The position numbers and the translations under genes are program-made. Source: an uncultured Gammaproteobacteria bacterium (GTDB lineage: Bacteria; Pseudomonadota; Gammaproteobacteria; Methylococcales; Methylomonadaceae). From it: a stretch of 64,000 nucleotides of DNA. The notes beneath the pieces are model-generated. The model saw nothing but the letters and a program-made list of their open reading frames with translations, made no database searches and had not been told where the DNA came from. Positions within the stretch are counted from its first letter, which is position 1; each line of letters begins with the position of its first letter. This document shows, in pieces, positions 1 to 13,060 of this stretch. Where the stretch lies: contig CAVZRB010000017.1 of assembly GCA_963777585.1 (NCBI GenBank), positions 21,227-85,226 of the forward strand, in the 5' to 3' direction.

Positions 1-135
1 GTTGAGCAATGGGATCGATGCTCAATATTGTGATAATAGCGACGGCGACAACGGCTAAAATTATTTTCAGACGATTATCGTCGAGCATGTGATATTTTTC
101 ATGTTGGTTGCGCAAGCTTACATTGATCCAAGCTA

Positions 136-654
136 TTACTGCGTTGTTGCACTGAGCGTGTCATTGATTTTGACAGCCAGGCTTTCCACGCCTTTCAGGG
201 TTAATTTCTTTTCGCCTCCCTTGACTTCGGAAATGTAATCGCCGATTAGCTTGCCATTACTAACATCGATTAAATGAGCCATCAGATAGACAAACAGGAA
301 GCTGGGTTTATGCAGCCTTCCCACTATCACATAATCCGCCCCATATTTACTGGCGAGCTGAGCGGCAACATCATGGTGATCAAACAGATAACCGGTTCCG
401 GAAGTCGCCGAAAGTTGAGCATCACCAGGTATGGAAACGATGGTATAACCTGAATTCTTCAGCTCATTTTCCAGCAGCGGTTTGACTGTGGCGGTACGCT
501 CTATTTCTGCCGGTATGCGAGGGGCGAGCGTCAGGTCTTTCAGTTCAAAATCCAGAACAGCAATGCGCGTTTCTGCTGCCGCATTGGCGCAGCCAAGACT
601 CAGTAACAGTGCAAAAAATACGCTGTGAAATTTAGCGGTTTTATGTGTGTTCAT
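136..654 (-). CDS. Secreted DUF2380/DUF3280-family protein
   Basis: Signal peptide followed by RIAVLDFEL...GAD.VIVGRLHKPS.L pattern typical of this methylotroph-enriched family; recalled family resemblance only. Confidence 0.65.
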   Translation of the reverse strand: MNTHKTAKFHSVFFALLLSLGCANAAAETRIAVLDFELKDLTLAPRIPAEIERTATVKPLLENELKNSGYTIVSIPGDAQLSATSGTGYLFDHHDVAAQLASKYGADYVIVGRLHKPSFLFVYLMAHLIDVSNGKLIGDYISEVKGGEKKLTLKGVESLAVKINDTLSATTQ

Positions 655-1084
655 GGCTGCCCACCTGAAAAGTTCAAGTTAGTACTAATTTTATCATAAC
701 TAGACATTACCACGTGGTTTGTTGTTGGTGGGAAGTTTATTTCCTGAAGTTACACGCCCGCAATAAAAATCAATGAGTTACAGATTTTTAAATTCGCTAC
801 AGCCATTGATTCTTCTGAAGGCCTACGTAGCATCGATTATTTCCTTTGATTTTAGAGCGTTTTAGTAGAAAAGCTTTAAATGCAATCTACTGAGTAGAGA
901 ATAAATCCGTAGAGCTTGCCGATAAAGAAAACGATTTTACCAAGTGATAACGGCTCTGGAATATCATAAAAAACTATGGCAAATGACACACTTATTGTGT
1001 GATTTGCCGTATTTAATTTTTTTTAGAGTCCATAAGGCTTCGCAAATATTCATAACTTTTTGATAAATCATTAAATTTTATAGA

Positions 1085-1099
1085 TGGTCTGATTATTGC
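1085..1099 (+). promoter_or_regulatory. Candidate sigma54 (-24/-12) promoter for the multicopper oxidase
   Basis: TGGTCT-GATTA-TTGC has the exact GG-N10-GC spacing, lies about 95 bp before the ATG and follows an AT-rich IHF-like tract. Confidence 0.45.
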
Positions 1100-1193
1100 C
1101 TATTCTTTTCGTGTTCCTTGCCTGCTAATACCCGAAATTAGTTAGCCAGCAATGATCATTCAGTTATTTAATAATTATAAGAGAAGGGAAAAT

Positions 1194-2714
1194 ATGAAGA
1201 TATCTCAACGTTACGCAGCACCTTTTTTACTGGGGTTAGTTAGCACGTTATTATCAACGCACGCTGTTGCTATGGGCGGTATGGGTGGATGTATGATGGG
1301 CTGTACTACTACAACAACCGTCATTGATCCGCCACGCGGAGCGGCATTTCAAGACCCTGTGACCATGCCCAATATTTCGACTACACCTGGTATAGTCGAA
1401 GTCAATATGGAAGCCAAAGTTGCACCGATTAATATTAACGGTGTGACGGCTAATTTAATGACCTATAACGGTACTTATCCCGCACCGACTATTAAAGTAA
1501 AAAAAGGTGACATATTAAAAGTTCACTTTAAAAATTCGTTGCCTTATACGGGCTTAAATATGATGGGAGATCCTCGCGATTTGACTAATCTGCATACGCA
1601 CGGTTTGCATGTCTCCCCAGAAGGTAATTCGGATAATGGGATGCTCAGCTGGATGTCAGGTGATTTGTTCGATTATGAATTTGATTTATCCCTGCATCCA
1701 GGCGGCAATCTTAATTTTTACCATCCACATCGTCACGGTAATACCGCAGAACAAGTGTGGGGCGGTATGGCGGGCGCGTTAGAAGTTGCTGATGAAACAA
1801 CGGCTTTAGCGGGTTATGAAACGCATATCATGGTGCTAAAAGACATTAGTTTGGATGGCGCAGCCCCTGCCGCGCATACTATGGATGATTTCATGAATGG
1901 TAAGGAAGGCAATGTCATGATGGTCAACGGCAAGGTCAATCCGGTGCTGAACATGAAACCCGGGCAGGTACAACGCTGGAAAATCGTTAATGCCAGCAAT
2001 GCACGGTTTTATAAACTGAGCTTGGGCAGCCATACGTTACAGGTAATAGGCACAGACGGTGGTTTATTGAATAAGCCTTACGCGCAAAGCTCAATATTAT
2101 TATCACCGGGTGAACGTGTTGATGTCATGGTCAAAGCATCAACTACTAAAGGCTATTACAAATTATTGTCCAATCCTTATGACCGCGGTATGAGCATGAT
2201 GAGTGGTGGTGGCAGTCAACAAATTACCTTATTGACAGTCAACGTTACTGGTACGGCGGTAACTAATAGTATTCCTGCTACCATTAATGCTAATGCAGTA
2301 AGACTCGCTGTACCTGCAGGCACTCCGACGCGGCAGATTACCCTGAGTATGGGCATGATGAGCGGCATGGAAGCTTATGTTAATGGTATAGCGTTTTCAG
2401 AAACGAATGCTTATACCGCACATTCCAGTTTGAACACCTATGAAATATGGGAAGTTTTCAATCAGAGCATGATGGATCATCCTTTTCACCATCATGTCAA
2501 TCCGGCCCAGGTGATTTCGATTAGCGGCGGCGACAGCGCATATAAATCGCTTTATACCACTAGCCCTGCATGGAAAGACACGGTCATTGTTCCTAAAGGC
2601 GGCAGCATTAAACTGCTCGTGCCTATTAAAGATTATACGGGAACGACCATGTTCCATTGCCATATTCTCGAACATGAAGATATTGGCATGATGGGGCTTT
2701 GGGATATTCGGTAA
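1194..2714 (+). CDS. Three-domain multicopper oxidase (CueO/laccase-like)
   Basis: All four Cu motifs present: HTHG, YHPH, HPFHHH, HCHILEHEDIGMM. Probable start MKISQ at 1194 after GGGA RBS (ORF track starts at 1152). Confidence 0.92.
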   Translation: MKISQRYAAPFLLGLVSTLLSTHAVAMGGMGGCMMGCTTTTTVIDPPRGAAFQDPVTMPNISTTPGIVEVNMEAKVAPININGVTANLMTYNGTYPAPTIKVKKGDILKVHFKNSLPYTGLNMMGDPRDLTNLHTHGLHVSPEGNSDNGMLSWMSGDLFDYEFDLSLHPGGNLNFYHPHRHGNTAEQVWGGMAGALEVADETTALAGYETHIMVLKDISLDGAAPAAHTMDDFMNGKEGNVMMVNGKVNPVLNMKPGQVQRWKIVNASNARFYKLSLGSHTLQVIGTDGGLLNKPYAQSSILLSPGERVDVMVKASTTKGYYKLLSNPYDRGMSMMSGGGSQQITLLTVNVTGTAVTNSIPATINANAVRLAVPAGTPTRQITLSMGMMSGMEAYVNGIAFSETNAYTAHSSLNTYEIWEVFNQSMMDHPFHHHVNPAQVISISGGDSAYKSLYTTSPAWKDTVIVPKGGSIKLLVPIKDYTGTTMFHCHILEHEDIGMMGLWDIR

Positions 2715-3013
2715 TTCTTGATGATTTTGTAGTGGTCGACTTTTTTCGGATATCAAAAAGGTTGTTTGTCCTTATGGAAAAATTATCCGTTCTTAATTAG
2801 ACCACTACAAACTTTAAAAATAGGTGCAGATAACGTGTTTAATGAGATCACTAAACTTAAAGCTAATAATTTAAAAGGTCACATAAAGTTTGTTTGCGTT
2901 CGTATTCTCGTTGGAAAATGTGGTACGAATACCAGGAGTGGGCATGTTTTGCCCACTATTAATGTACCCAATGAACACAATCTTTTTATTGGTGGGCACA
3001 TATTTTTAAATTT

Positions 3014-3090
3014 GTAGGATGCGGTGAACACAGTGAACCGCATCAATCGAGTAACGCGAACGGTGCGGTTCGTTCCTCACCGCACCCTAC
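3014..3090. repeat. REP doublet (REPIN, GTAG family)
   Basis: GTAGGATGCGGTGAAC...GTGAACCGCATC followed by the inverted copy GGTGCGGTTC...CACCGCACCCTAC. Confidence 0.75.
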
Positions 3091-4147
3091 GGCCCTGTCG
3101 CCACGGATTATTTCGTTAATGGCATTTTGCAAATTTCAGATTACTTGTACGATGGGTAATATAAAGGCTACCATTTTTATCACTGATTCTTACCGCATTA
3201 TTAAGCATCTTCGAAGTTGGTGGTATTCTGGCATCTTAAGTCGTTTCGATCTGGTGCAAACTTGGCGTCCGGTGGACTTTTCGCGTAATTCTTCTCGCGA
3301 CTGGACTTTGTAGGATGTGTACTGTACGCTAGACCAGATCTTTAATTTTTGCAATTACCTCGAAGATCAACTTAGTGAATCCCATGACGGATTCCCTGTC
3401 GAAAGTGGCCGATCTGCCGTAACTAATTGAGCCATCCATCGTCTTGAACCATGTCTAAGAAATACAGCGCTGCTGTGAAGCGGGTATGAGCCTAAAAACT
3501 CAGCCGTCTAGATAGCGCCATCATTGACCATTAAACTGATGCAATTAATTTGTTGCGGCACGATAATCCTGAATCATTTAACGGGTTGGTATAGTTCATT
3601 AACTTGATTAGAGTTTAACATTATTAACGCTCCATTGGGTTAATTTGGGTCTGCGATTTTTATGCCGAGCTAAAGACTTCATTATAGGAATCGACATGCC
3701 TCAAAGTGATCATTTCGTAAAGTGTAGTTATCTAGTTCGTATATTCAAATGAGCTTATGTTTACAGTTGTGAATTTTGTCGCGTATTTGCGTGCACTATA
3801 TCCGGCTGTCGAAATATAACGCTGCGAACTCATTAGGATTAGTATTAAGCCACTCTCTGTATCCACTTTACTTTTTAGCAGAAAAGCCTCCACGATGGAG
3901 GATATACCCAAAAGACAATGTTGCTAGCGATATAAAATTTGTCTGGTATATCCCAATTGTAAAGTAGACACTTTGCAGTTGTATATTGAATTTCAACCGC
4001 AGATGTATAACGCAACCCTTGTACAACCGTTAGGCAAGAATGACTATGGATCTCAAGAGTTGCGAAGCAACCTGTTTACGGCAAATCGAAAGATGACTCA
4101 TCTCCAAAAGTTTTCGCTCGCTCAAACCGGTTATTCCGGCCTACGGG

Positions 4148-5008
4148 TTAACCAACAATCCTGCCAATCAACTCTCCCAACTTCACCGTCTTATCCGCTT
4201 TAAATTCAGCATCCCACTTCGCCTTATCCTTGCCGAATAAAACAATAATGGTAGAGCCCATATTAAAGCGTCCCATTTCTTCGCCGATTTTCAGCGTGGG
4301 TGCGTTGTCCTGATACTGCCAGCTTTTTACTGTGCTGATGCTCGGCGGTGTGACTACGCCGTGCCAGACGGTCTCGACGCTGGACACGAAGATTGCGCCG
4401 ACCAGTATCAAGGCCATCGGGCCTGCTTCGGTGTCAAACAAGCAGCAAACTCGCTCGTTTCTGGCGAATAATCCCGGAACGGAATTGGTGGTTCTGGTGT
4501 TCACGCTGAACAGGCGGCCGGGAACGTGCACCATTTCCCTTAAGGTGCCGGTCAACGGCATGTGCAGACGGTGATAGTCTTTGGGTGACAGGTAGATGGT
4601 GGAAAATACGCCGTTGTTAAAAGGTTCGGCGCGAGCTGCATCGCCGCCCAGCAAGTCAATCGCGGTAAAGCTTTTGCCTTTGGCCTGAAAGATTTTGCCG
4701 TCGGTAATATTGCCTGCCTGGCTGACTGCGCCGTCGGCAGGGCAGACGATGGCGTTTCTTTCCGTGCTGAGCGGTCTGACGCCGGGTTTTAGTTCGCGGG
4801 TAAAGAAGTCGTTAAAGCTTTTGTAGGCGTTGATGTCCTGCTCCAGCGCCTCATCCATGTTGACTCCGTAATGCTTGATGATCTGCTTGATAAACAGGTT
4901 TTTCCAGGCCTTGTTTTCGCAATGGGTCAATTTGCTCATCATGCTGGACAGGGCATGATGAGGCAAAACGTATTGGGGCAGGGTGGTGATGGCTTCTTTA
5001 ATGTTCAT
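4148..5008 (-). CDS. psd: Phosphatidylserine decarboxylase proenzyme
   Basis: FNDFFTRELK, YLSPKDYHRLHMP, ARNER and the self-cleavage motif FNMGST. Confidence 0.95.
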   Translation of the reverse strand: MNIKEAITTLPQYVLPHHALSSMMSKLTHCENKAWKNLFIKQIIKHYGVNMDEALEQDINAYKSFNDFFTRELKPGVRPLSTERNAIVCPADGAVSQAGNITDGKIFQAKGKSFTAIDLLGGDAARAEPFNNGVFSTIYLSPKDYHRLHMPLTGTLREMVHVPGRLFSVNTRTTNSVPGLFARNERVCCLFDTEAGPMALILVGAIFVSSVETVWHGVVTPPSISTVKSWQYQDNAPTLKIGEEMGRFNMGSTIIVLFGKDKAKWDAEFKADKTVKLGELIGRIVG

Positions 5009-5289
5009 GGATTGTGACTGTCGGGTGTTTTGCCGCTTAAGAAGTACGCAAATGCGATGACTTCAGTGACGGCAACATAGAGTTCATTGGGGATTTCATC
5101 GCTTAACGGAATTTGAGCCAGAATTCTTGCCAGTTCTTGCTCGGTTGCAGTTATATTCCATGTTGTTCGGCGATTTGTAAAATCAGTTCTGCCATAAGAC
5201 CTGTCCCCTTGGCGGGTAACCTTTGGCGCATTTTTGCCGTCGTATTTTAATGCGACGGCAAGATCGGTGGTTTAGTAGGTCTTAGGCAT
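5005..5289 (-). CDS. FlhB/EscU C-terminal-domain-only protein (YlqH-like), frameshifted; absent from ORF track
   Basis: Manual translation across indels: AVALKYDGKNAPKVTAKG.GLMAELILQIAEQHGI...LARILAQIPLSDEIPNELYVAVTEVIAFAY. Confidence 0.75.
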
Positions 5290-5295
5290 TAACCC

Positions 5296-5685
5296 TTATG
5301 GCAAAGTAACCAGTTCCGGTGCTTGCCACTTTGGATTTTTGTGTTCTACGACCACAGTGGTGTAGATGCCACCGCGCACGTTAAACTCGGCGCGAATGCG
5401 CATGAAATTGGGTGCTATGGCTTTAACGAGGTCATCGAGGATTTCATTGGTGACCGCTTCATGGAATGCGCCTTGATCGCGGAATGCCCACATGTACAGT
5501 TTAAGCGCTTTAAGTTCCACGCACAGCGCGTCGGGTATGTATTCAATCTGGATGGTGGCGAAATCCGGCTGGCCTGTTTTTGGGCACAGGCAGGTAAACT
5601 CCGGCACGTCGATGCGGATGGTGTAATCACGGCCTGGTTTTGGGTTGTCGAATGTTTCCAGATCTTTGCTTGGTTGTGTAGTCAT
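5296..5685 (-). CDS. queF: NADPH-dependent 7-cyano-7-deazaguanine (preQ0) reductase
   Basis: [32 protein letters not shown] motifs. Confidence 0.95.
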   Translation of the reverse strand: MTTQPSKDLETFDNPKPGRDYTIRIDVPEFTCLCPKTGQPDFATIQIEYIPDALCVELKALKLYMWAFRDQGAFHEAVTNEILDDLVKAIAPNFMRIRAEFNVRGGIYTTVVVEHKNPKWQAPELVTLP

Positions 5686-5816
5686 TTTCTGTTTATATAT
5701 AAAGTGAGATATATACCGAAAGTAGGCGCGTTAGGCGAAAAAGTTCGATACTTGGCTAATTATCGTTAATAATAGACGGTTATTTTAATTCAACTGCAGG
5801 GATATTCATACCTGTA

Positions 5817-8800
5817 ATGAAGCTGGAAAAAATCAAACTTTCGGGTTTTAAGTCCTTTGTTGATCACGACGGTAATCCCTATTACCGGCAATTTGACGGC
5901 AATTGTCGGGCCTAATGGTTGCGGTAAATCCAATATTATTGATGCTGTGCGCTGGGTAATGGGCGAAAGTTCAGCCAAACATCTGCGCGGCGGCAATATG
6001 GCTGATGTTATATTTAACGGCTCATCCGGACGCAAACCGGTCAGTACCGCTTCGGTAGAGCTGGTTTTTGATAACTCCGAAGGCAAGCTGGGCGGCGAAT
6101 ACGCCCAATACAATACCATTGCCATCAAACGACAGGTTAGCCGTGACGGCACGTCCCTGTTTTTACTGAATGGCTCGCGCTGCCGGCGCAAGGATATTAC
6201 CGACTTGTTTTTGGGTACGGGTCTGGGTTCAAGAAGTTATGCCATTATTGAGCAAGGCACCATCTCGCGGATGGTTGAAGCGAAGCCTGAAGATTTGAGA
6301 ATTCATATCGAAGAAGCGGCCGGTATTTCCAAATATAAAGAACGGCGCAGTGAAACCGAAACCCGGATGAAGACATACCCGGGAAAATCTGGAACGGCTC
6401 GATGATTTGCGCGAAGAAGTTGACAAGCAACTCAAGCATTTGCAAAAACAGGCAGAAAAAGCCGAAAAATATACCGAGCTTAAAAAGGCAGGAACGCCAG
6501 TTCAAGCTGGAGTTGCTGGCGATGCGCTGGAATACCTATCATCAGGCCGCAAAACAGCTGGAAACAAAACTCCAGGAAGTGGCTGCCGAACATAACCGCT
6601 TGTTTGTGGAGTTACGGGATATTGATAGCGCATATCGAAGCAAAACGTGCTGAACATAAAACCCAGCAACAGCAATTAAAAACGCTCAAGGCGATTATTA
6701 CACAGGTTGTTGCAGAAGTCAGCGGTCTTGAACAGGCGATCAAGCATCATGAAGCGAGCTCATGAAGAAACCGTTGCTTGAAATCAAGCGTACGTCAGCT
6801 CCAGGCCGACCAGTCATTAAGCCAGCTTGAGACTGATTTACAGCAGCTTGGAAGAAATAAAACAGGCTTTGCTGGAAGCGGAAGAAAGCTTTGGTTATTG
6901 CCCAGGAAAGACAGGAAGAGATTTTACAGCTACAGCAGGATACCCAGCAACAAAGGAGTTCCTGGCAGGCAGAATGGGAAGCGTACCGGACTGAGAGTTC
7001 AAAATACAAGGAACAGGCTCGAAGTGCACCGGGTAAAAGCCATACAACTGGAAAACCAGAATCGCCAATTGCAAATTCGCATGGATAAATTGCAACGCGA
7101 GCGCGACTGAACTGTCGTCCAGTCAATTGCAAATTGATATTGAAACACTGGATGCCGATATCGAAATCATCGAATTTCAGCGCGATAGTCATCAAGCCCA
7201 ACTGGAACAATTGCATCATCAGATACGCGAACAGCGCCAGCAGGTAAAACAGTTCCATGATTCATTGCATACACCGCCGTTCGGAAAGTCCATAGCATAA
7301 AAGGTAAAATCACTTCGCTGGAGTTATTGCAGCAACATGCCATGGGTAAAGATAATAAACATTTGAGTACCTGGCTGGAGTCCATGAATTTGGGCAATAA
7401 CCAACGCCTGGCTGAATTTCTGGAGGTGGAGTCAGGCTGGGATACGGCCGTTGAAACGGTTCTGGGCAGCTATTTGGAAGCGATTTGTGTGGCGAGCGCC
7501 GAGCCGGTTATTCCGGGCTTGAGCAGCTTGACTAACGAATCATTAACGCTGTTTGAAACCCAAGCCAAAATCGGCTCACAGTGATACTAATCCGTGCCTA
7601 GCTCAAACGTTACTGGATAAAGTCAATGCACCGTGGGATTTAAGCGCTTTATTGACCGGTGTTTATTGTGCCGATGATAACGAATCGGCCAGAGCTTTAT
7701 CAACTCAATACAAACCCGCATGAGTCGGTTATTACCCCGGACGGCACCTGGTTCGGGCCGGGTTGGCTAAAAATCAGCCATACCAAAGACAGTAAAGCCG
7801 GCGTTTTGCAGCGTGAGAAAGAATTGCGCCTGTTAAAACACCGGCAGGAAGAATTACATGTTGAAATTGCCACATTCGAGGATCAGTTGGCAGCTGACTG
7901 AAACCGAGTTAAAAGAAGCGGAAATTTTGCGCGAGTCTATTCAGCAGCAGGACAATAAACTGGGTTCCGAGTTATCGCTAAAGAGCGCGGAATTCAGCGC
8001 GTATTCGACTCGCTGGGAACATCAGCAACGTCGTCTGGAGCAAATTGCTAATGACCTTGAAGACATCATTCGTGAAACAGGCGAAAATGCCGAGATTATT
8101 GCCGAGTGCAGATTGTTGCAGGAAGAAGCTGAAGAAGTATTAGCGCAGCAGGAACAAAACAGGCAAAGTCTGGAAACATCCAATCAGCTTTTGCAGGCAC
8201 AGCATGACAATACCGAGCGATCCGTTAATGAAGCGAGACAACAGGTTTACAGCTTAAAGGCGCAGATTGAATCGTTACGCTCTTCTGAAGCGTTCAACCA
8301 GTAAACAGATTGATCGTCTGCAAATCCAGCATCAACACTCGATTGAACGGATTGCCGATCTGGAGAAAAAACTGCAACAAACACTCACGCCGCTGGATGA
8401 GGAAAAACAGCAGTTGGAGCAACGAATACTGGATAAGGATCAACTGGAAGCCACTTTAAAAAAACAACGCCAGTTGCAGGAAGCCATCGAAGCGGAAATA
8501 ACGCGAGTTGTCCGAAGAGCATACCCGCGCACAAAGGGCGTTGGAAAAACAAAAAGAGGCCCTGGATACGCTTCGTTTTGAATTGCAGGAAAGTAAAGTT
8601 CGCCAGCAGACCGTCAATGAACAACTTAAAGAAATCGATGCGGATGCTGAACAGGTACTGAAAATCCTTGCCCGATCAGGCCGAAGAGCCACGCTGGAAA
8701 AGTAAAGTTGACGATTTATCGGCGCAAATTGAACGCTTGGGCACTATTAACCTGACCGCCATAGAAGAATACAAGTCGCAATCCGAGCGCATGAACTTTC

Positions 8801-9351
8801 TTAATGAACAACATGCCGACCTGATTGAAGCATTGCAAATACTGGATCAGGCGATTAGTAAAATTGATAAAGAAAGTAGGCTGCGTTTTAAGGAAACATT
8901 CGATAAAATAAACAGCGGATTACAGGAAAAGTTTCCAAAATTATTTGGCGGCGGGCAGGCCTATCTGGAATTGACCGAGCAAGACTTGCTGGAATCGGGC
9001 GTTAATATTATTGCCAGACCGCCCGGCAAGCGAAATAGCTCCATTCATTTGTTGTCGGGTGGAGAGAAAGCATTAACGGCGGTAGCGCTGGTGTTTTCAA
9101 TTTTTGAACTCAATCCTGCACCTTTTTGCCTGTTGGATGAGGTCGATGCACCTCTGGATGATGCAAATGTCGGGCGGTTTTCAAAAATGGTAGAAGAGAT
9201 GTCGGCATCTGTGCAGTTTTTGTATATTTCTCATAACAAGGTAACTATGGAGATTGCAAAACAGCTGGCAGGTGTTACGATGAAAGAACCGGGCGTGTCC
9301 CGAATGGTCGCAGTTGATATTGAAGAAGCAGTGAGTCTGGCGGAAATCTAA
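5817..9351 (+). CDS. smc: Chromosome segregation protein SMC (multiple frameshifts)
   Basis: [14 protein letters not shown] start, Walker [10 protein letters not shown], long coiled coil and hinge, signature LSGGEKA, Walker B/D-loop [11 protein letters not shown]. Confidence 0.93.
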
Positions 9352-10057
9352 TGGATAAAGAACTATTAAGAATTGTAATTATCGCAACCGGTCTGATGAT
9401 CATCATGGGCATGTTGACATGGAGTTATTTAAAAAATAAAAAAGCTCAAGAAGACATGGATTTTATGATGACCTGATGCTAATGATGATGTAACTACGGG
9501 TGACGATGACTTTGATGTCGTGCCTATTGAGGATCGTCCAGTAGTGAAATTGATGCCGCGATCCTGATCACGACAAGGCAGATGAATCATCATTATGATT
9601 ATGATCAGGAAGACGACTATTTATGAACCAGAAGAAGATGACATTGAGCCGCCGCCGCGATTGTTACAGTTCCAGCCATTATCCAGTTCAGTCTTATCGC
9701 CAAGGCAGACGAAGGTTTTAATGGTATTGATTTGGTTAACGCCTTTGGAGATGTCGGGCTTGAATATGGCAGTTTGAAAATATTTGAACGGCTGGACGCT
9801 AATCGACTGGTCGATTTCGGTGTCGCCTGTATGGTTGAACCAGGCACTTTTCCGGATAGCAGATCTGGAAGATTTTTATTGCCCGGGACTGGTGTTTTTT
9901 ATGCAGCCTGGCGCATTGGATGATGCGCAAGCCGTTTTTGATGACTACATAGAAACAATTCAGCTATTAGCTGTAGAATTGGACGGTATCATTCTGGATC
10001 ATCACAGAGACACCGCTGACCGATGCCACAATTCAATCAATTCGGCAGAGTTTGTGA
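9351..10057 (+). CDS. zipA: Cell division protein ZipA (frameshifted)
   Basis: N-terminal TM ([22 protein letters not shown]), acidic linker, C-terminal GLEYGSLKIFER...VACMVEPGTF...GLVFFMQ; canonical smc-zipA-ligA order. Confidence 0.8.
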
Positions 10058-10188
10058 ATCTAAAACGGATGCAGAAAGCGGTAAAGTGCATTCCGGCTTC
10101 TTTCATTTACACTCTGTAGAACTTCGAAAAAGGAGCTAATCATTCATATCCTGTTTAGTCCACTTGTCCAAATCCGTGGAATCCAACT

Positions 10189-12211
<2,023 letters not shown>

Positions 12212-12236
12212 CTTGGTAACCTCTAAAAACACAGTT

Positions 12237-12260
12237 CTTCGACAGGCGCAGTACGAACAC
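12237..12260. repeat. Degenerate REP-like palindromic unit (TTCGACAGGCTCAGnACGAAC family)
   Basis: CTTCGACAGGCGCAGTACGAAC lies between convergent genes; resemblance from memory only. Confidence 0.35.
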
Positions 12261-12331
12261 GGTTGTAACATTATCAATATTAGTTAAGTTATGTGTGTTC
12301 CGAAATTTCCTGGGTTTGGACTTATACCCCC

Positions 12332-12694
12332 TTAATCAGTGCCCTGAAGGGGTTTCGGCGGTACCAACACCCGGGGATTTATCTTACCGTTTCCAGTATT
12401 CCCGGTAGAACTCCCAGGAATAGCTCGGGTTGGGTCAGAGGAGGGTGTTCCAGCTGGAGCCTCAAGATTCGGAGGGACTGGCACGGAAGGAAGGGGCATC
12501 GGTTTTGCGTTCTCGTAGTCTATTCCGCCGTCGACTTGCGGATTCTCGCCGGGCGATGATATGGTTTCCGATCCGTCCCCGTCATGGATGGTATTGGTTT
12601 GTTCAGGCGGCGAGTTGACCGCTTGGGTACAACCGAGGATGGTTACGAGTCCCATCAACAGGGTAGATTTCAACGTTAGATTTTTTCTCGTCAT
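12332..12694 (-). CDS. Small Pro/Gly-rich lipoprotein homologous to the pro-region of the upstream protease
   Basis: Lipobox ILGC; GGIDYENAKPMPLP aligns with protease GGIDYVNAQPLELP. Confidence 0.7.
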   Translation of the reverse strand: MTRKNLTLKSTLLMGLVTILGCTQAVNSPPEQTNTIHDGDGSETISSPGENPQVDGGIDYENAKPMPLPSVPVPPNLEAPAGTPSSDPTRAIPGSSTGNTGNGKINPRVLVPPKPLQGTD

Positions 12695-13060
12695 GGTATA
12701 TACAATTCTCTTGATTGAGGTCGGTTGATATTCACAACCGCCAATTTGCTAAACAGTTCTACTAAACCGCCTTCACGAGTCCACCGGCAATCCCTTGGCT
12801 TAGGCCCCGTCAGCAAAGTACACGCATTTACTTTTAGAATAGAACCACTTTAGATTCGCAAAAGAACTTTGCGATCTACCAGTTTCATTTCCTGCCGTGC
12901 AAAAAAGAAAACGGACCTAGCGCCCGTTTTCTTATTATCTCTGCTTCATTTACTGTCTCGCGTGCCGGGCATTCAAAATAAAATAACACCTATGCACACA
13001 GAGACAGCAAGTAAATCTGAGGGCGTATCAGTCGTCTTTGCCCTCAGACGCCGGACTCTT

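Noticed and set aside
5686-5816. preQ1 riboswitch upstream of queF
   Set aside because: No recognisable preQ1 aptamer; short divergent promoter region shared with smc
5817-9351. SMC as part of a Wadjet/MksBEF defence system or programmed frameshifting
   Set aside because: Canonical smc-zipA-ligA housekeeping context, no jet/mks partners, and indels are scattered without slippery-site logic
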